From Batkoa obscura (lineage: Eukaryota): DNA of 64,000 nucleotides. The position numbers and the translations under genes were made by a program. Under the pieces are notes generated by a model. That model had not been told where the DNA came from and made no database searches. It saw only the letters and a list, made by a program, of their open reading frames with translations. Of this stretch, positions 11,477 to 24,814 are shown piece by piece; positions within the stretch are counted from its first letter, which is position 1; each line of letters starts with the position of its first letter. Location of the stretch: positions 1,240,001 through 1,304,000 of the forward strand of contig JASVEC010000003.1 of NCBI GenBank assembly GCA_030770535.1, in the 5' to 3' direction.

Positions 11477-12242
11477 TATTCTATTAAAAACTTTTTATAG
11501 ATTTTGTTTTTAATTTATACCTTCTCATATTCTAATTTTCCTTTTTTAGTGTGTATTCAGGAATATATAAGCAATGATATTATTACGAAATCATTTACAT
11601 CAACGATGATCTGAAACATGAACTACTTTTTCCTCCCCTTTTTCTGAAATCAAGTTTAATTGAGGGTGTTTTTTTAATTTAATTACTTTTTCTACTCTTC
11701 ACCTTATTAAGGGAGGTCTCGGGTAACTACTCCAAAAATTAGTTTAACCTTGAATAAAATTCGTCTATGATTCTACAGGAACTTTAACTAAACAAAGTAG
11801 TTTTGAATAAAATTTCAAGAATACTCTACATTCAATTTATTATAAAGCTTAATTTATCCTAAAACAAAACAGCTTTTATTGGCTATTTGATAATATTGGA
11901 CCTAGAATATTAAAATACAAAATACAAAAAATAATAAAATGATGAAAAATCAATTAAACTTTAGTTTTTATAAATTTTGCAATAAAAAAGTGAAATAGTA
12001 AATTTTAAAATTTATTTATTTATTTATTTAAAATTTTACTTAGTAATTAAACAAAAAGTAATTAAAACATTTATTTCTAAATGAAATTTCAATTTCAATT
12101 TTAATTATAATATTTAAAAATTAGTTTAAAAATTAGTTTGAATTTTATTTAGTTTAATTTTCAATAACGATTGTAAATCAAGCACCAAGTGGGGGTGTCC
12201 GAATTGGTTTGATTTTTTATCCAATTTTTAAATATTTTATAT

Positions 12243-12436
12243 GGGGAAGTATTTTTTTAAGAATTTTACTAACAATCTTTCCACTCAAATGGGGATGTTT
12301 TTTGGTTTCATCACTTTTTCCATTTTTAAGCGCTATTCGAATGGAAAGGTTGTTAGTAAAATTCTTAAACAAAAAAATACTTCCCCAAATAGCGCTTAAA
12401 AAATGGAAAAAATAATGAAGCCAAAAGAAACACCCC
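12243..12436 (+). mobile_element. MITE with a second, inverted MITE nested inside (12291-12386)
   Basis: Outer TSD ATAT; inner TSD AAAT splitting CCACTCAAAT/AGCGC; absent from Sola2 copy 1. Confidence 0.85.
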
Positions 12437-13104
12437 ATATTTTAAAAACTTTGCTTAAAATTCTATGAAAATAAATTATTAAAAACCAAAAGTACCCAAC
12501 GCAGTTTTAAATTATTTTATTATAATTTATATTGTAAGTTAGCAGAATTTCTATTAAATTTAATACAAATTCCCAAATTAGCAAGGCTTTTACTAACATA
12601 GCCTATATATTAATATTAATCAAAGTTATAATATATAAATAAATGAATATTTCTATAGAACCTCATTAAGCAATATTTATTATTGACTGTTTTATATTCA
12701 ACATTGCAGATCTGCTATCAAATGAATAAATTATTTTAATGTTATAATTACATTATTAATATATCGCTAAGTTAATAAATAGCTGCATGGGAGGGAGTGG
12801 TTAGCCTTAAAACTACAATTAACCATCCCTATGTAACACAAGCAGTATAATAATAGTTTTTACTTATTATTACAACTACTTGCTCTTTGACTATTTATTA
12901 ACTTAGCTATTAATAATTTAAGTAATATCAACATTTAATAATTGATTTCTATCATCTAACAAGCTACTTACTTGCTTACTAAATATTGAAACTTTTAAAT
13001 TCTCAGTTATTTTTGTAAGATAAGCTGGGGTTGATCTTTTAATTTTTCTATTCTCTATAGACTCTATAACTTTAATTGTAATTATATTGCTTTTTTTTTA
13101 TCTA

Positions 13105-13563
13105 TGTGAAAATTAATACTCAGTGGTCGGAGTTAAAAGCTACTCTTGCTTAATTAACTTGCCTTGAGTCGAACGATCTTAGTTTATGTAACTAACATAG
13201 ACTTGAATTAATAGGGATAATACGTAATAAACTACGAACTATGTAAAACAAATATAATAGGAGATACTACTGTATAATCTATGTAACATATTGTCAGAAA
13301 GACTTAGTGACTCTATTAATGGTACGGTATCAGGGAGTAATTCAGTTAAAAAGCCTCGAGTTGTCATATTGAAGAATCTCTTTTATACTCTTTGCAATAT
13401 GAAGTTAGAAATTCTCACAGCAAATCAAAACAAGGAACTCTGGATTGGTTATACCACATGATTTATGGTCAAATTGATTACAAGACTACAACTAGTTTTG
13501 TAAACAAGTTCAATGATTATTATGTTATAATTAATCCGAGAGCTGATAAACCAATATTTCACA
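13105..13563 (+). mobile_element. TGTGAAA...TTTCACA element
   Basis: TCTA TSD; empty site in copy 1. Confidence 0.85.
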
Positions 13564-14472
13564 TCTATCAGATACTGGATAACAGTATAGTTTATTATCA
13601 TGTTTAATAAAATGTAAATACTTTTTAATACCTTGTATTTCTATTATTATTTTTACATCTTTGTTTCTTTCATACTTTTTAAAATTGTATTTGTTTTCCC
13701 ATTATTGACAGTTGAGTTATTAAATCTATTATTTTCACAAACAAAAATCTCAAATTTTGAAATTAATTGATCAATATCTTCTATTTTACCTAATGCTTCA
13801 AAACTATTTTTCCACTGTGAAAGATTTCCAAAATGCCCGTCAACTATACTTTCTCGATGATGCTCAGCAAAAAAATTAAAATCAATATTTAAACTACTAT
13901 TTATTTTATAAATTTCTTCAAATACATAATGTAAAAACTCTTGAGATTTAAAATGATATCCTGTATCTGCCCATATATTAATTTTTGTAAACTTTTTAAA
14001 TAAAGGCTCTTTAGATATTAAATCAATCAAACAATCTCCTGCATATGCTGAATCATGATTTAATATTTCAGATAAATAATCAAAATAAACTTTGCCTATT
14101 GTTTTATCATTTTTTAAATATAAAACGCCAAACCCTAATACTGATATAGCTTGTTTATTATAATGATCTAAATTTATTGGATCTGGTCTTGTTCCTATTT
14201 CCATATTTTGTTTAAAGTCTAAAATTATTATACAACTTCTATTATTTAATTTTTCAATAGTTTCATTAAGTATGTTTTTTTGAGTATCAACACAAAATTC
14301 ATGTAATTTATATAACCTTTTTTCTTTATTAAAAGATTCTTCTATCTCTGCTTTATTTTTTGTTGCTGTATTTATTTTATTTTCAAATAACTTTTTTCTA
14401 ACTGTATACTGGGCACATATATTACATAAATCTGTTTTTCTTGCTGGATTTTTAAAATTATTTGGTATATAT

Positions 14473-14935
14473 TGTGAAAGTTGATACTTAGTGGTCGAAG
14501 TTAAAAGCTACTCTTGCTTAATTAACTTGCCTTGAGTCGAAGGGTCTTAGTTTATGTAACTAACATAGACTTGAATTAATAGAAATAGTACGTAATAAGC
14601 TACGAATTATGTAAACAAATACAACGGAAGATACTACCGTAAAATCTATATCAGATGTTGTCAGAAAGACTTAGTGACTTTATTAATGATACGTTATCAG
14701 GGAGTAATCCAATTAAAAAGCCTCGAGTTATCATATTGAAGAATCTCTTTTATACTCCAATAAGTATGGATATTAAAACGAGAGGATGTTATTCCTTGCA
14801 ATATGAAGTTATAAATTCTCGCAGCAAATCAAAATAAGGGACTCTGACTTGATTGTGTTTGAACTTGAGAACACAGCAACTTAAGTGATTGTTGTGTTAT
14901 AATCAATTCGAGAGCTAATAAAGCAATATTTCACA
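14473..14935 (+). mobile_element. TGTGAAA...TTTCACA element, long subtype
   Basis: ATAT TSD; empty site in copy 1; close to the 4701 copy in sequence. Confidence 0.85.
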
Positions 14936-15642
14936 ATATTTGAAAAATGTTGACCTAGCTACTGCTTTATCTTTTAAATCATTAAAATATTTACTGTATA
15001 TCATTCTTCTACTTTTATTTAATATATATATATACTATCTGACGAATATTTATCATCATTATTTTTTTATTGAATCTTGATGAAGTAGTTGAATTATCAA
15101 GTAAATATTGTATAATAATCTCAATTTGCTCATCTTTAATTTTTTTTGTATTTTTAATAATAGGTTGTAATGTTGGTGTTTTATTATTACTAATTATTTT
15201 TGAACAATCATATTGATTTCTACTTATGTTAAATCCAAAACTTTTACATTCATCAAAAGAATATACTGAGGCTATAGTTGATAATGCTACTTGTGGTTTT
15301 TATTTCCTGTTTCCTTTAAAGCACCAATTTTATACATTGCTTGGTTAAGTTTGTTGTTATTAATAGTAAAATTTAATAACATTTCTTTTCTTTTTTTTGT
15401 TTTATTGTAAAATTCCATAAACTCTGGGTTATTGTGAATAGTTGCTAAAATTGATGTAAATGAATTACAATGTTTATATAATATGCTTCTCCCTATCGTG
15501 TTGAAATTTTTAGAAATTCCATTTCGAAGTTTAGTCATAAAAGCTTGCATTTTGTTTTTATTTTAGCAAAAAATAAAGCCAAATAATTATATATTTATAT
15601 TTTATATATCTATTAGACATTTAATAAAAAAATACAAAACAC

Positions 15643-15998
15643 CGTGAAATATCGCTTCATCAGCTCTATGATTGATTATCATACAATAATCATTTGACTT
15701 ATTTACAAAACTAGTTGGAGTATAAAAGAGATTCTTCAATATAATAGCTCGAGGCTTTTTAATTGAGTTATTCCCTGATATCGTACCTTTAATAAAGCCA
15801 CTAAGTCTTATAGTATTTTAGGTAGATTTTACAGTAGTATCTTGTGTTGTATTTGTTTTACATAGTTCGTAGCTTATTACGTATTATCCCTATTAATTCA
15901 AGTCTATGTTAGTTACATAAACTAAGACCGTTCGACTCAAGGCAAGTTAATCAACCAAAAACTGCTTTTGACTGCAATCACTGAGTACCAACTTTCAC
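15643..15998 (-). mobile_element. TGTGAAA...TTTCACA element, short subtype, inside Sola2 copy 2
   Basis: Same position as 2902-3261; nearly identical to 16470-16826. Confidence 0.85.
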
Positions 15999-16469
15999 AA
16001 ACATACAATTAAAAAATAAAATAAATCTTTTAAGTTAAATTTGGCTAATCATACATTAAATACTTACAAATTTAGAACTTAATTTGGATTAATTTCTAGT
16101 TAAATTCTGAAACCAATTCGGACATCCCCAAGTGCTACTAAAATAATTGTTTTTTTACTTGATTTTAAAACAATTTATATTGAAATGTTTCTTTGTTTAG
16201 TTTTATCAATAGTTTTAAAAAATAAATTTGTTATACAAAGAATAAATAAAAAAATAAATTTAAATATTAAACAATAATTAAAAGCAAGTTCTTTTAGTTA
16301 ATAATATATTTAATTTTAAACTTTTAATACAAATATATATACTAAGATAAATTTAATATAATAATAAAATAGCTTTTATATTGGTTTGTATTCAAAAGGC
16401 ATATTTTAAACTTACAGAAGTGTTTTCATTTCGAATTCAAAGTCAAAAGTATGCTTTTCAAATACAAAT

Positions 16470-16826
16470 TGTAAAAGTTGGTACTCAGTGATTGCAGTCA
16501 AAAGCAGTTTTTGGTTGATTAACTTGCCTTGAGTCGAACGGTCTTAGTTTATGTAACTAACATAGACTTGAATTAATAGGGATAATACGTAATAAGCTAC
16601 GAACTATGTAAAACAAATACAATACAAGATACTACTGTAAAATCTACCTAAAATACTATAAGACTTAGTGGCTTTATTAAAGGTACGATATCAGGGAATA
16701 ACTCAATTAAAAAGCCTCGAGCTATTATATTGAAGAATCTCTTTTATACTCCAACTAGTTTTGTAAATAAGTCAAATGATTATTGTATGATAATCAATCA
16801 TAGAGCTGATGAAGCGATATTTCACA
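16470..16826 (+). mobile_element. TGT(G/A)AAA...TTTCACA element
   Basis: Family homology; imperfect TSD AAAT/AAAG. Confidence 0.8.
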
Positions 16827-17096
16827 AAAGTATTAATTATTTCTTTTGTTTTACTTCTTTTTTGTTTATTCTTGTCAAGGGAAATTGAAAAAATCATCTT
16901 TAAACATTGAAACAAAAAACAGTACTTAGTGACTTTTTTAACTTGTCAACTAGTAAAGTGTAGCTAAGGATTCCATTAAAGCTATTTGAACAAATTCAAA
17001 AGGGGGTGGCTTTAAATTGGAAAAATCAAAGTTGAGTTAAGAAAATAAATTGAAAATTTCCAAAACATTCTAATCATTTTTTAGAAATCCAACTTC

Positions 17097-18994
17097 ATGA
17101 ATATATCACCAAAGAGTAAGTTATCCATATTTCTAATCAATAGTTAGTTGATTTTTTAAATAGAAGGAGTACGTAGTGAAATGGATAAAAAGCGCCGCCG
17201 CGTGGATAGTTTAGAACACGATATAAAATCTAAAATTGCCCACTTACAGTACATAAAAATAATCAATCCATCTCATTTCCCAGTATATCACAGTAAATAG
17301 CTATCCTAACAAAAGTATCTAGAAAATGTACTAACTATTAATCAGAATACTTAGCTTGGTGCGTGGAAATATTGGACCAAATAAAACATGACACTCTATC
17401 TGTATATAAAGACTACGATTACATTGAGCTATTAATAGATGCTTATAAACTTGAGCTGCTGACAATCGATAAAAACAGCAACGAAAATGTCCTCCACGCA
17501 ATCAAACCAGTTACTTTGTTAAAGCGACCAACTACAGGATATGGCATTTTTTTACAGACTGGTACAACTATCTACTTAAAATACATTAACTTGTACCAGA
17601 TGTGGTACACTTTCGAAGAAGTCAATGCTTTACTAACCAGCCCTAACCCTGATATGTCTTCCCATGCTTTTCTAGCTTTTTTAGCTTATTTCACTGGTTC
17701 GAATAGCAGTATGTTAACACATCAGGTATATAAAATTAGCTTAAAAAAAGCAAGGCAAGGGTTGATAAAAGCGTATGCTAGCCCTTCATTTAACAGTGTA
17801 ATCGGTTTATTATTTTTGAGCTTTATTTCAGCGTACAAATCTGATTCAGTTACAACTATACTTTATTTTAGTTCGGCTATAAGGATGGCGCAGGTGTTGG
17901 GGTATGATAAAATTGTAGAAGAGGATAAAGAAAAAGTAGAGTACGATAAAGAAATGAATGTGGAGAAAAAGGAAAGAATCGTAAAGTTATGGGACTCGTT
18001 ATCCTTGGTTTATTACATCTTTTCTACTATTCTTCCAGATATGCAAAGTCTTAATGTAAATTTTCGGCCAGTGAAAATCAATGTGCCAAAAAGCATTGGA
18101 GGTCGTCTAGATTTGGACAAAACTCATATGGTGAATGGAATAGAGATGAAAACAATTTTTTTAAATAAGAACTTCGAAAAGATATATAGTGAAAAAAAAG
18201 TAATTGAATCGTTTACAGAGATTGTATCACACATTCAAAAGGTTGAGCTAAATTATTCAAGATTAGATAGAATACATGAAATACCACATCATGAATTACA
18301 ATTACCAGAAGAAAAGTTCAATATTATATTAGCTAATATAGTGGGCCAGTTGATGCACAACCCATCGTTATATGATACAATGAAAAAAATAGAGTTAAAA
18401 GAACAAATACAAAATATGAAAACAATCCGGCAATTTTATGAATCCAATGTATTTAATTATCACTTAAATGCTTTTGCTAGCTTAGTATTAATATATTTGT
18501 ATTACCCTTCCGTCTTAGTTATTCCAAAACCTAAAAGGTTTTCAATCAATGAAACTATGGTTTTATACAAGTCTGCTCAATCGGTAGCAGAATTTTTCTT
18601 AATAATGAAGCGTAGTAATATCTTACAAACAAATGGTTTGAACCGTGGTACTTTTGCATGCGTTAGTTGTGACTTAGCTATTAACGATGGGTTTCATCTT
18701 AATTATGAATCCCCATATTATACCTCCATCATGTATGTAGTGTATGTCTATTTGTCATTTATCAGTGAAGAAGAATGGTTGTTAAACCAAGGATTTGGTA
18801 AAAGGTTGATGATTGAAGCAAAGGCTTATGTATTGAAACTGCTGAAATTATTGATGGCTACTTGTGACTCAAAATTGAAAAGCGAAAGGTTGGATTCAGT
18901 CAATACTATCAAGTTGATTAAAAAGAATTTGAACAATTATGTGGTAAACGAGGCGTTTTTATTGTCTATTAATAGATTATTGTGTAGAAAGTAG
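17097..18994 (+). CDS. Fungal TF MHR-domain protein lacking Zn2Cys6, paralog 1
   Basis: Exons 17097-17115, 17164-17292 and 17346-18994 give MNISPKKGVRSEMDKKRRRVDSLEHDIK... MHR-like motif YFSSAIRMAQVLGYD...ERIVKLWDSL. Confidence 0.75.
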
Positions 18995-19597
18995 ATGAGA
19001 GTTATGTTTTGGGTAAATTGGGTAAATTGTTTATTTATTATAATAAAAATATTATAGGTACATACTAAGTATCCTTTGATGAGGGAATAGATGTAAAACA
19101 GTCAATTATTTATTAAAAAATAAAATGAATTCGAGTATTAAATTGTTTCAATGTAAATATATTTATTTTGGTCATTGATGATACACTCCTTGAAAGCATT
19201 AACTCACATTGATTAGCCGTCTTTTCGCAATAGAAATAACGTTATTGTTTTTGCCATTCCTTTAAGTATTTATCATGGCTACTGGTTTAAAAACTAATGC
19301 AGCTTACGTCAATCTTTATCTTAAGAAAGGTGCTAACTTAATTCAAAAATTGTGTTAATCGTTAATAAAAAGATTAAAACTTTTTAAAAGATAGACAAAT
19401 GCTATTAAAAATGTGCTAATTAATTTTGAAGTTAATAAATTTTATTAAAAATGATTCTAATACTAAAAAGTGATTTTTTCAAATAAGTAGTTATCATTTC
19501 CTTTACATCTGCCTTCAAAAGCACATTAAACAAAAAAGTTTCATATCAATAAATAAACAAATAAACATTTCACTAAGCGCATAGCCACTTTTATCTC

Positions 19598-21516
19598 TTA
19601 CCCAATAATATCCTTAATGGTCATCAACAACGTATCCTCAATTTCGTAATTTCCTAGATTCTCTTTAATAGATTTAACAGTATCCATTGAATCAAACCTC
19701 TCGTTTTTCAATCCAGAGTTACAGACACCCTTCAACAATTTCAATAATTTAAGCATATACGCTTTAGCTTCAATGACAAATTTTTGTCCAAACCCCTGAC
19801 TCAACAGCCATTCTTCTTCGCTAATAAATGATAAATAAACATATATTACATACATAATAGAGGTATAATATGGCGCTTCATAGTTGAACTGAAACCCATC
19901 GCTAGTAGCTAAAGCACATCTAGCGCATGCAAAAGCCCCACGGTTCAAACCATAAGTTTGTTGGATATTATTTTGGTTTACTATTAGATAGAATTCCGTT
20001 ACTGATTGAGCAGATTTGAATAAGAGCCTAGCTTCATTGATCGAAAACTGTTTAGGTTTTGGGACGACTAAAACAGAGGGATAGTATAGATAGATTAATA
20101 TTATATTAGTAAAGGCATTTAAATGATAGTTGAATACATTAGACTCATAAAATTTCTGGATTGTTTTTATGTTTTGCATTTGTTCCTTTAATTGTATTTT
20201 TTTCACTGCATCGGATAAAGACGGATTATATATTAATTGACTGGCTAAATTAGTCAACACAGTATTAAATTTCTCTTTTGGAAGCTGCAGTTCCTGGTGA
20301 GGTACTTCATTTAATTTATTCAATCTTAAATATTTTGATTTAACATTTTGAATATGTGCTACAATTTCAATGAATGACTCTGTCACTACCTTTTCAGCAT
20401 ATATCTTTTCAAGCCTACTATTTGAAAAAGTCGTCTTCATTTCCAAGCCATTTATCGCACTAGTTCTGCCTAGTTGCAAACCATCTATATCAGCTTTCGG
20501 TAACTTTATTTCTACTGGTTTAAAGTTAAAACTGAGACTTGGTATATTTGGAAACAAAGTTAAAAAATGGTAGTAAACCATTGATAGCGAGTTCCACAGC
20601 TTTATTTTCCTTTCTTCTTTTTCCATACCCTCGATAAAACTCCTATCTATACTCTTGTTGTAACCTAACATCCTCTTATCTTCTTCAACCCCCTCTTCTG
20701 CAATCTTATCATATCCCAGCAACTGCGCCATTCTTACAGCTGAGCTGAAATAACGTAATCCCATTGCAGAATCTGATTTATATCCTGAAATAAAGCTCAT
20801 AAACAGTAACCCAATCACATTATTAAAGGAGGGGTTTGCATATGCTTCTGTCAGTCCCTTCTTTGCTTTCTTTATATTTATTCTATAAATTTGCTGTGCT
20901 AGAATCCTATTGTTTGAAGCTGTAAAATAAGCCAATAAAGCTAAAAAGACATAGGAGGACATTTCAGAAGTATTTTTGGTTAATAAAGCATTAACTTCCT
21001 CAGGGGTGAACCACATTTGATATAAATCAATATATTTTAAATAAATAGTTGTACTAGTTTGTAGGAAAGTACCATAGCCAGTGGTTGGTTGTTTCAATAG
21101 ATTAATTGGCTCAACAATGTAGCTGAAGTTGGGGTTTTTGCTGATGTGCATTAGTTCATGTTTATAAGTATCTATTAATAATTCAATGTGATCGTAGTCT
21201 TCGAATACAGATATTGTGCCCTGCTTTAGTTGACTTAATACCTTGACACACCAAACCAAGTATCCTTAATTTTATATTTTAGTATTTTATTTTAAATGCT
21301 TTATCGAATTGGTTATTTACTGTGATATATTGATAGCTGTGATGGACTCACTTTTTGTAGATGTTGCAATTGGGTTATTATAGAGCTTACATTGTGCTCT
21401 AAATTGTTCATTCGATGCCGCTTTAAATCTATTCCACTGCGTAGTTTAGCTATGGGTCAGGGTTAATATGCATTGGTCGTAAAAATGGATGACTTACTTT
21501 TTGGTGGGGTGTTCAT
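19598..21516 (-). CDS. MHR-domain protein lacking Zn2Cys6, paralog 2
   Basis: Same three-exon structure (21516-21498, 21449-21321, 21264-19598). Confidence 0.75.
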
Positions 21517-21905
21517 GATGCTGGGTTTTAAGATAAATTGAACTAAAAAAAGCTAAATTGTTAGCATTATTTTTAACCTCAATTGATTGATTTTATACAA
21601 CTTGATTGCAATAATTACTGTTTTTACAGCTAATTTAAGTAAAATGCGACCAGTTTAGCGATGGTTTTTATAATTAAAGAGTTTGTTTGAATTTTTTAAG
21701 GCCTGATCCTCAGATTTTAGCTTAATTATAGCTAAATATTTAAGAATAAATAAACAGTTTATTAGTTTATAGAAGAAATGAAATAACAGTAAACTCTATC
21801 TTTTTTCTCTAAAGTTTATCCAATAAAATGACATAATTATTACGTCTCATAAAAACGAGAAAATAAACTTAACCCATTTTAATTTATTTAAAATCCAATT
21901 TCAAC

Positions 21906-23818
21906 ATGGATACAGTGCCAAAAAGTAAATAATTCTATTATTCTAACTGACATATAATAACCCTCGATTCATAGTAAAATTACGTAGTAAAATGAATAAA
22001 AGGCATCACCGTGTAGATGCTTTGGAGTGTGATATAATGAAAATAATAGCCTACTTACAGCAACTTAAAACTGTTAGCCCATCTCACTTATCAGTATATC
22101 ATAGTAAATAAGCATATTAGAAAAAATACTTAAAGAACTAACACCATGTCAAAGAATATTTATCCTGGTGCGTCGAGATATTAATCCAATTACAACAAGA
22201 AACCTTATCGGTGTTCGAAGACTACGATTACATTGAGTTATTAATAGCCACTTATAAACAAGAACTGAGATTTTTCAATAATAATAACAACTTTTCATAT
22301 GTTATCGAACCAACTACTTTATTGAAGCAACCAACCACCGGATACGGTGCTTTTTTACAAAACGGTACCTCTGTTTATTTAAAGTATATTGATTTATATA
22401 ACATGTGGTATACTTGCGAAGAAGTCAACGCTTTATTAATCAACTCTAAGCCTGATATGCCCTCTTATGCCTTTTTAGCTTTATTGGCTTACTTCACAGG
22501 TTCGAACAATGGTACATTGGCACAACGGATTTATAAAAATAGTTTAAGAAAAGCTAAAGAAGGTTTGGTGGAAGTTTATACTAATCCATCCTTTAATGGT
22601 GTAATTGGTTTACTGTTTTTGTGCTTTATTTCGGCTTATAGATCAGATCCAGTAGGAAGTGTACGCTACTTTAGCTCAGCTGTAAGGATGGCACAAGCAT
22701 TAGGGTACGATAGAATAGTAGAAGAGATGGAGGGGAGTGATAAACAGAGATTAAGACATGATAAAGAAAAGGAGGAGGCAGATGAGATAAAGCTAGAGAA
22801 AAGAGGAAGGGTCGTGAAATTATGGAACTCATTATCATTGATTTATTATCATTTTTTGATAATGTTTCCAAATATGCCAAGTCTTGATGTCAACTTTAAA
22901 CCAGTGAAAATTGAGTTGCCTAATGTCAATAATAATTTGCAAACGCACAAAACTTGTGAGGTGAATGGCTTGGAGATGAACACTATTTTTTTAGATAAAA
23001 AGAGTAAAAAGATATATAGTGAAAAGATAGTGACAGAGTCATTCATTGAGGTTGTAGAACACATTCAAAAGGTTAGATTAAGCTACTCAAGGTTAAATAA
23101 AATACATGAAATACCCGATCACGAATTACAATTACCAAAAGAAAAGTTTAATACAGTGTTAACTAGTTTAACCAGCCAATTAATGTATAATACATCCTTG
23201 TTTGAAACAGTAAAAAAAATGGAGTTAAAAAAACAGATAGAAAATATGAAAACGATACAACATTATTATGAATCAAACGTCTTCAACTATCATTTAAATG
23301 CTTATACTCATTTAGTGTTAATCTACCTATACTACCCTTCGGTACTAGTGTTTCCAAAACCAAAAAGATTTTCCATCAGTGAAACTCTAATCTTATATAA
23401 ATCAGCTCAATTCGTGGCAGAATTTTTTTTAATAATGAAACAAAATAATATTCAGCAAAAAAATAAAAAAAACCAAACTACTAGTGAAAGTAATTATAAT
23501 GAATTAGCTATCAATGGTGGATTTCACCTTAATTATGAAGCCCCATATTATACTTCAGCTATGTATGTAGTGTACGTTTATTTATCTTTTATTAGCGAAG
23601 AAGAATGGCTGTTGAGTCAGGGGTTTGGTAAAAAGTTGATAATTAAAGCAAAGGCTTATGTATTAAAATTATTGAAAATGTTGAAGACTACCTGTGATTC
23701 TAACTTGAAAAGCGAAAGGTTGGATTCAAAAAGTACAATCCAATTTGTTAAAGGAAATTTGAGGAATTTTAAAATTGAGGATATGTTATTATTATCTATT
23801 AATGAGATTATTAAGTAG
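21906..23818 (+). CDS. MHR-domain protein lacking Zn2Cys6, paralog 3
   Basis: MDTVPK exon 1, KLRSKMNKRHHRVDALE exon 2, long exon 3. Confidence 0.75.
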
Positions 23819-24565
23819 AGTGTAAAGAAACTGAGATGTTGACGAAATATTTATTTATTACTGTAAAGGCATGATGTTATTTATTTAATGTGTTCTTGAG
23901 GGGTGATTGGAAGGACGGGACTTATTTACTATAAAATAAGTTTTTTATTAAATAATTGTTAGACCTATTAATCCCATTATTATACTATTGACTAAAAAAT
24001 TGATATTCTAACAAATTTCAAATTGAAAAACGCTAATTGGTTTTAAAAGCAAACATAGTTAGCAGCTAATGAATTGATAGTTTTAAGTCAGTTTTAGATT
24101 AGAATGTTATTCATTTTTTCCTTATTTTTTTCATAGAAATTCGAAAAACATCTAGAATAAGATAAAAGATCTATTACATTTTATTTAGCAGGTCTCTTTA
24201 ATAAAATGACAATGGTTTATTAAAATAGAATAGCAATTGTACAATTTGGTTGTTTAAAACTGCTACTTTATTCGTGCTTTAGCTAATTAAAAGTACTTAA
24301 TAATTTTGACTTTGTATAAATTTGGTATTTTTTAATGAAGGTTGATTATACTTTTTGAAACTCTTAAATGCAATACTAAAACCTTTTTCTTGAATTGTAC
24401 ACATTTTCCAATTTTTTGGGGAAAGATGATAAAATGTCAGTTTTCACCCTCAGTACGATCTAATCAAAATGGCTGAAAATAAAGTATAAAAGCAGGCCAA
24501 TTTTTTGTACAGAAATAACAAACTTTTTTATTTACATATCAGATTACTACTACCGCTTTGAAAGA

Positions 24566-24814
24566 ATGAAATTGAACGCCATTATTTACCATTTAGTTTT
24601 AACTACTGGAGTACTCTCCACGTGCAAAGTGTCTTATTTTCCCAGTCGTGGTATAAAAGAACAAAAGCTTACCTGTAAGGTAGACTGTGCTGAGGTTGTA
24701 GCTGCCGCTTCTAATCCCAATGGTCTTATTTGCTCTTTAAATGATGATATGGTTATATGCTCTTGTGCCAATGATGGATGTGGTTCTTTACCATCATCGT
24801 TAAAATGCAAATAA
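24566..24814 (+). CDS. Small secreted 8-cysteine protein (effector-like), 82 aa
   Basis: Hydrophobic signal-like N-terminus, 8 Cys, TATAAAA at ~24485, paralog at 37305-37553. Confidence 0.75.
   Translation: MKLNAIIYHLVLTTGVLSTCKVSYFPSRGIKEQKLTCKVDCAEVVAAASNPNGLICSLNDDMVICSCANDGCGSLPSSLKCK

Larger units (their letters stand above)
12918..15550 (-). pseudogene. Sola2-like transposase copy 2, broken by frameshifts and two insertions
   Basis: ORF fragments 15287-15550 and 13653-14204 match the copy 1 protein. Confidence 0.85.
12191..16129 (-). mobile_element. Sola2-like DNA transposon, copy 2 (inverted relative to copy 1)
   Basis: Same TIR, AAGT 4-bp TSD on both sides, collinear with copy 1. 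Confidence 0.85.

Noticed and set aside
3353..15550. RIP-type mutation of the repeats
   Set aside because: Substitutions run in both directions and long tracts are unmutated.
2721..16129. Island delivered as a single composite transposon
   Set aside because: Outer flanks differ (ATAT vs AAGT) while each copy has its own matching TSD pair.
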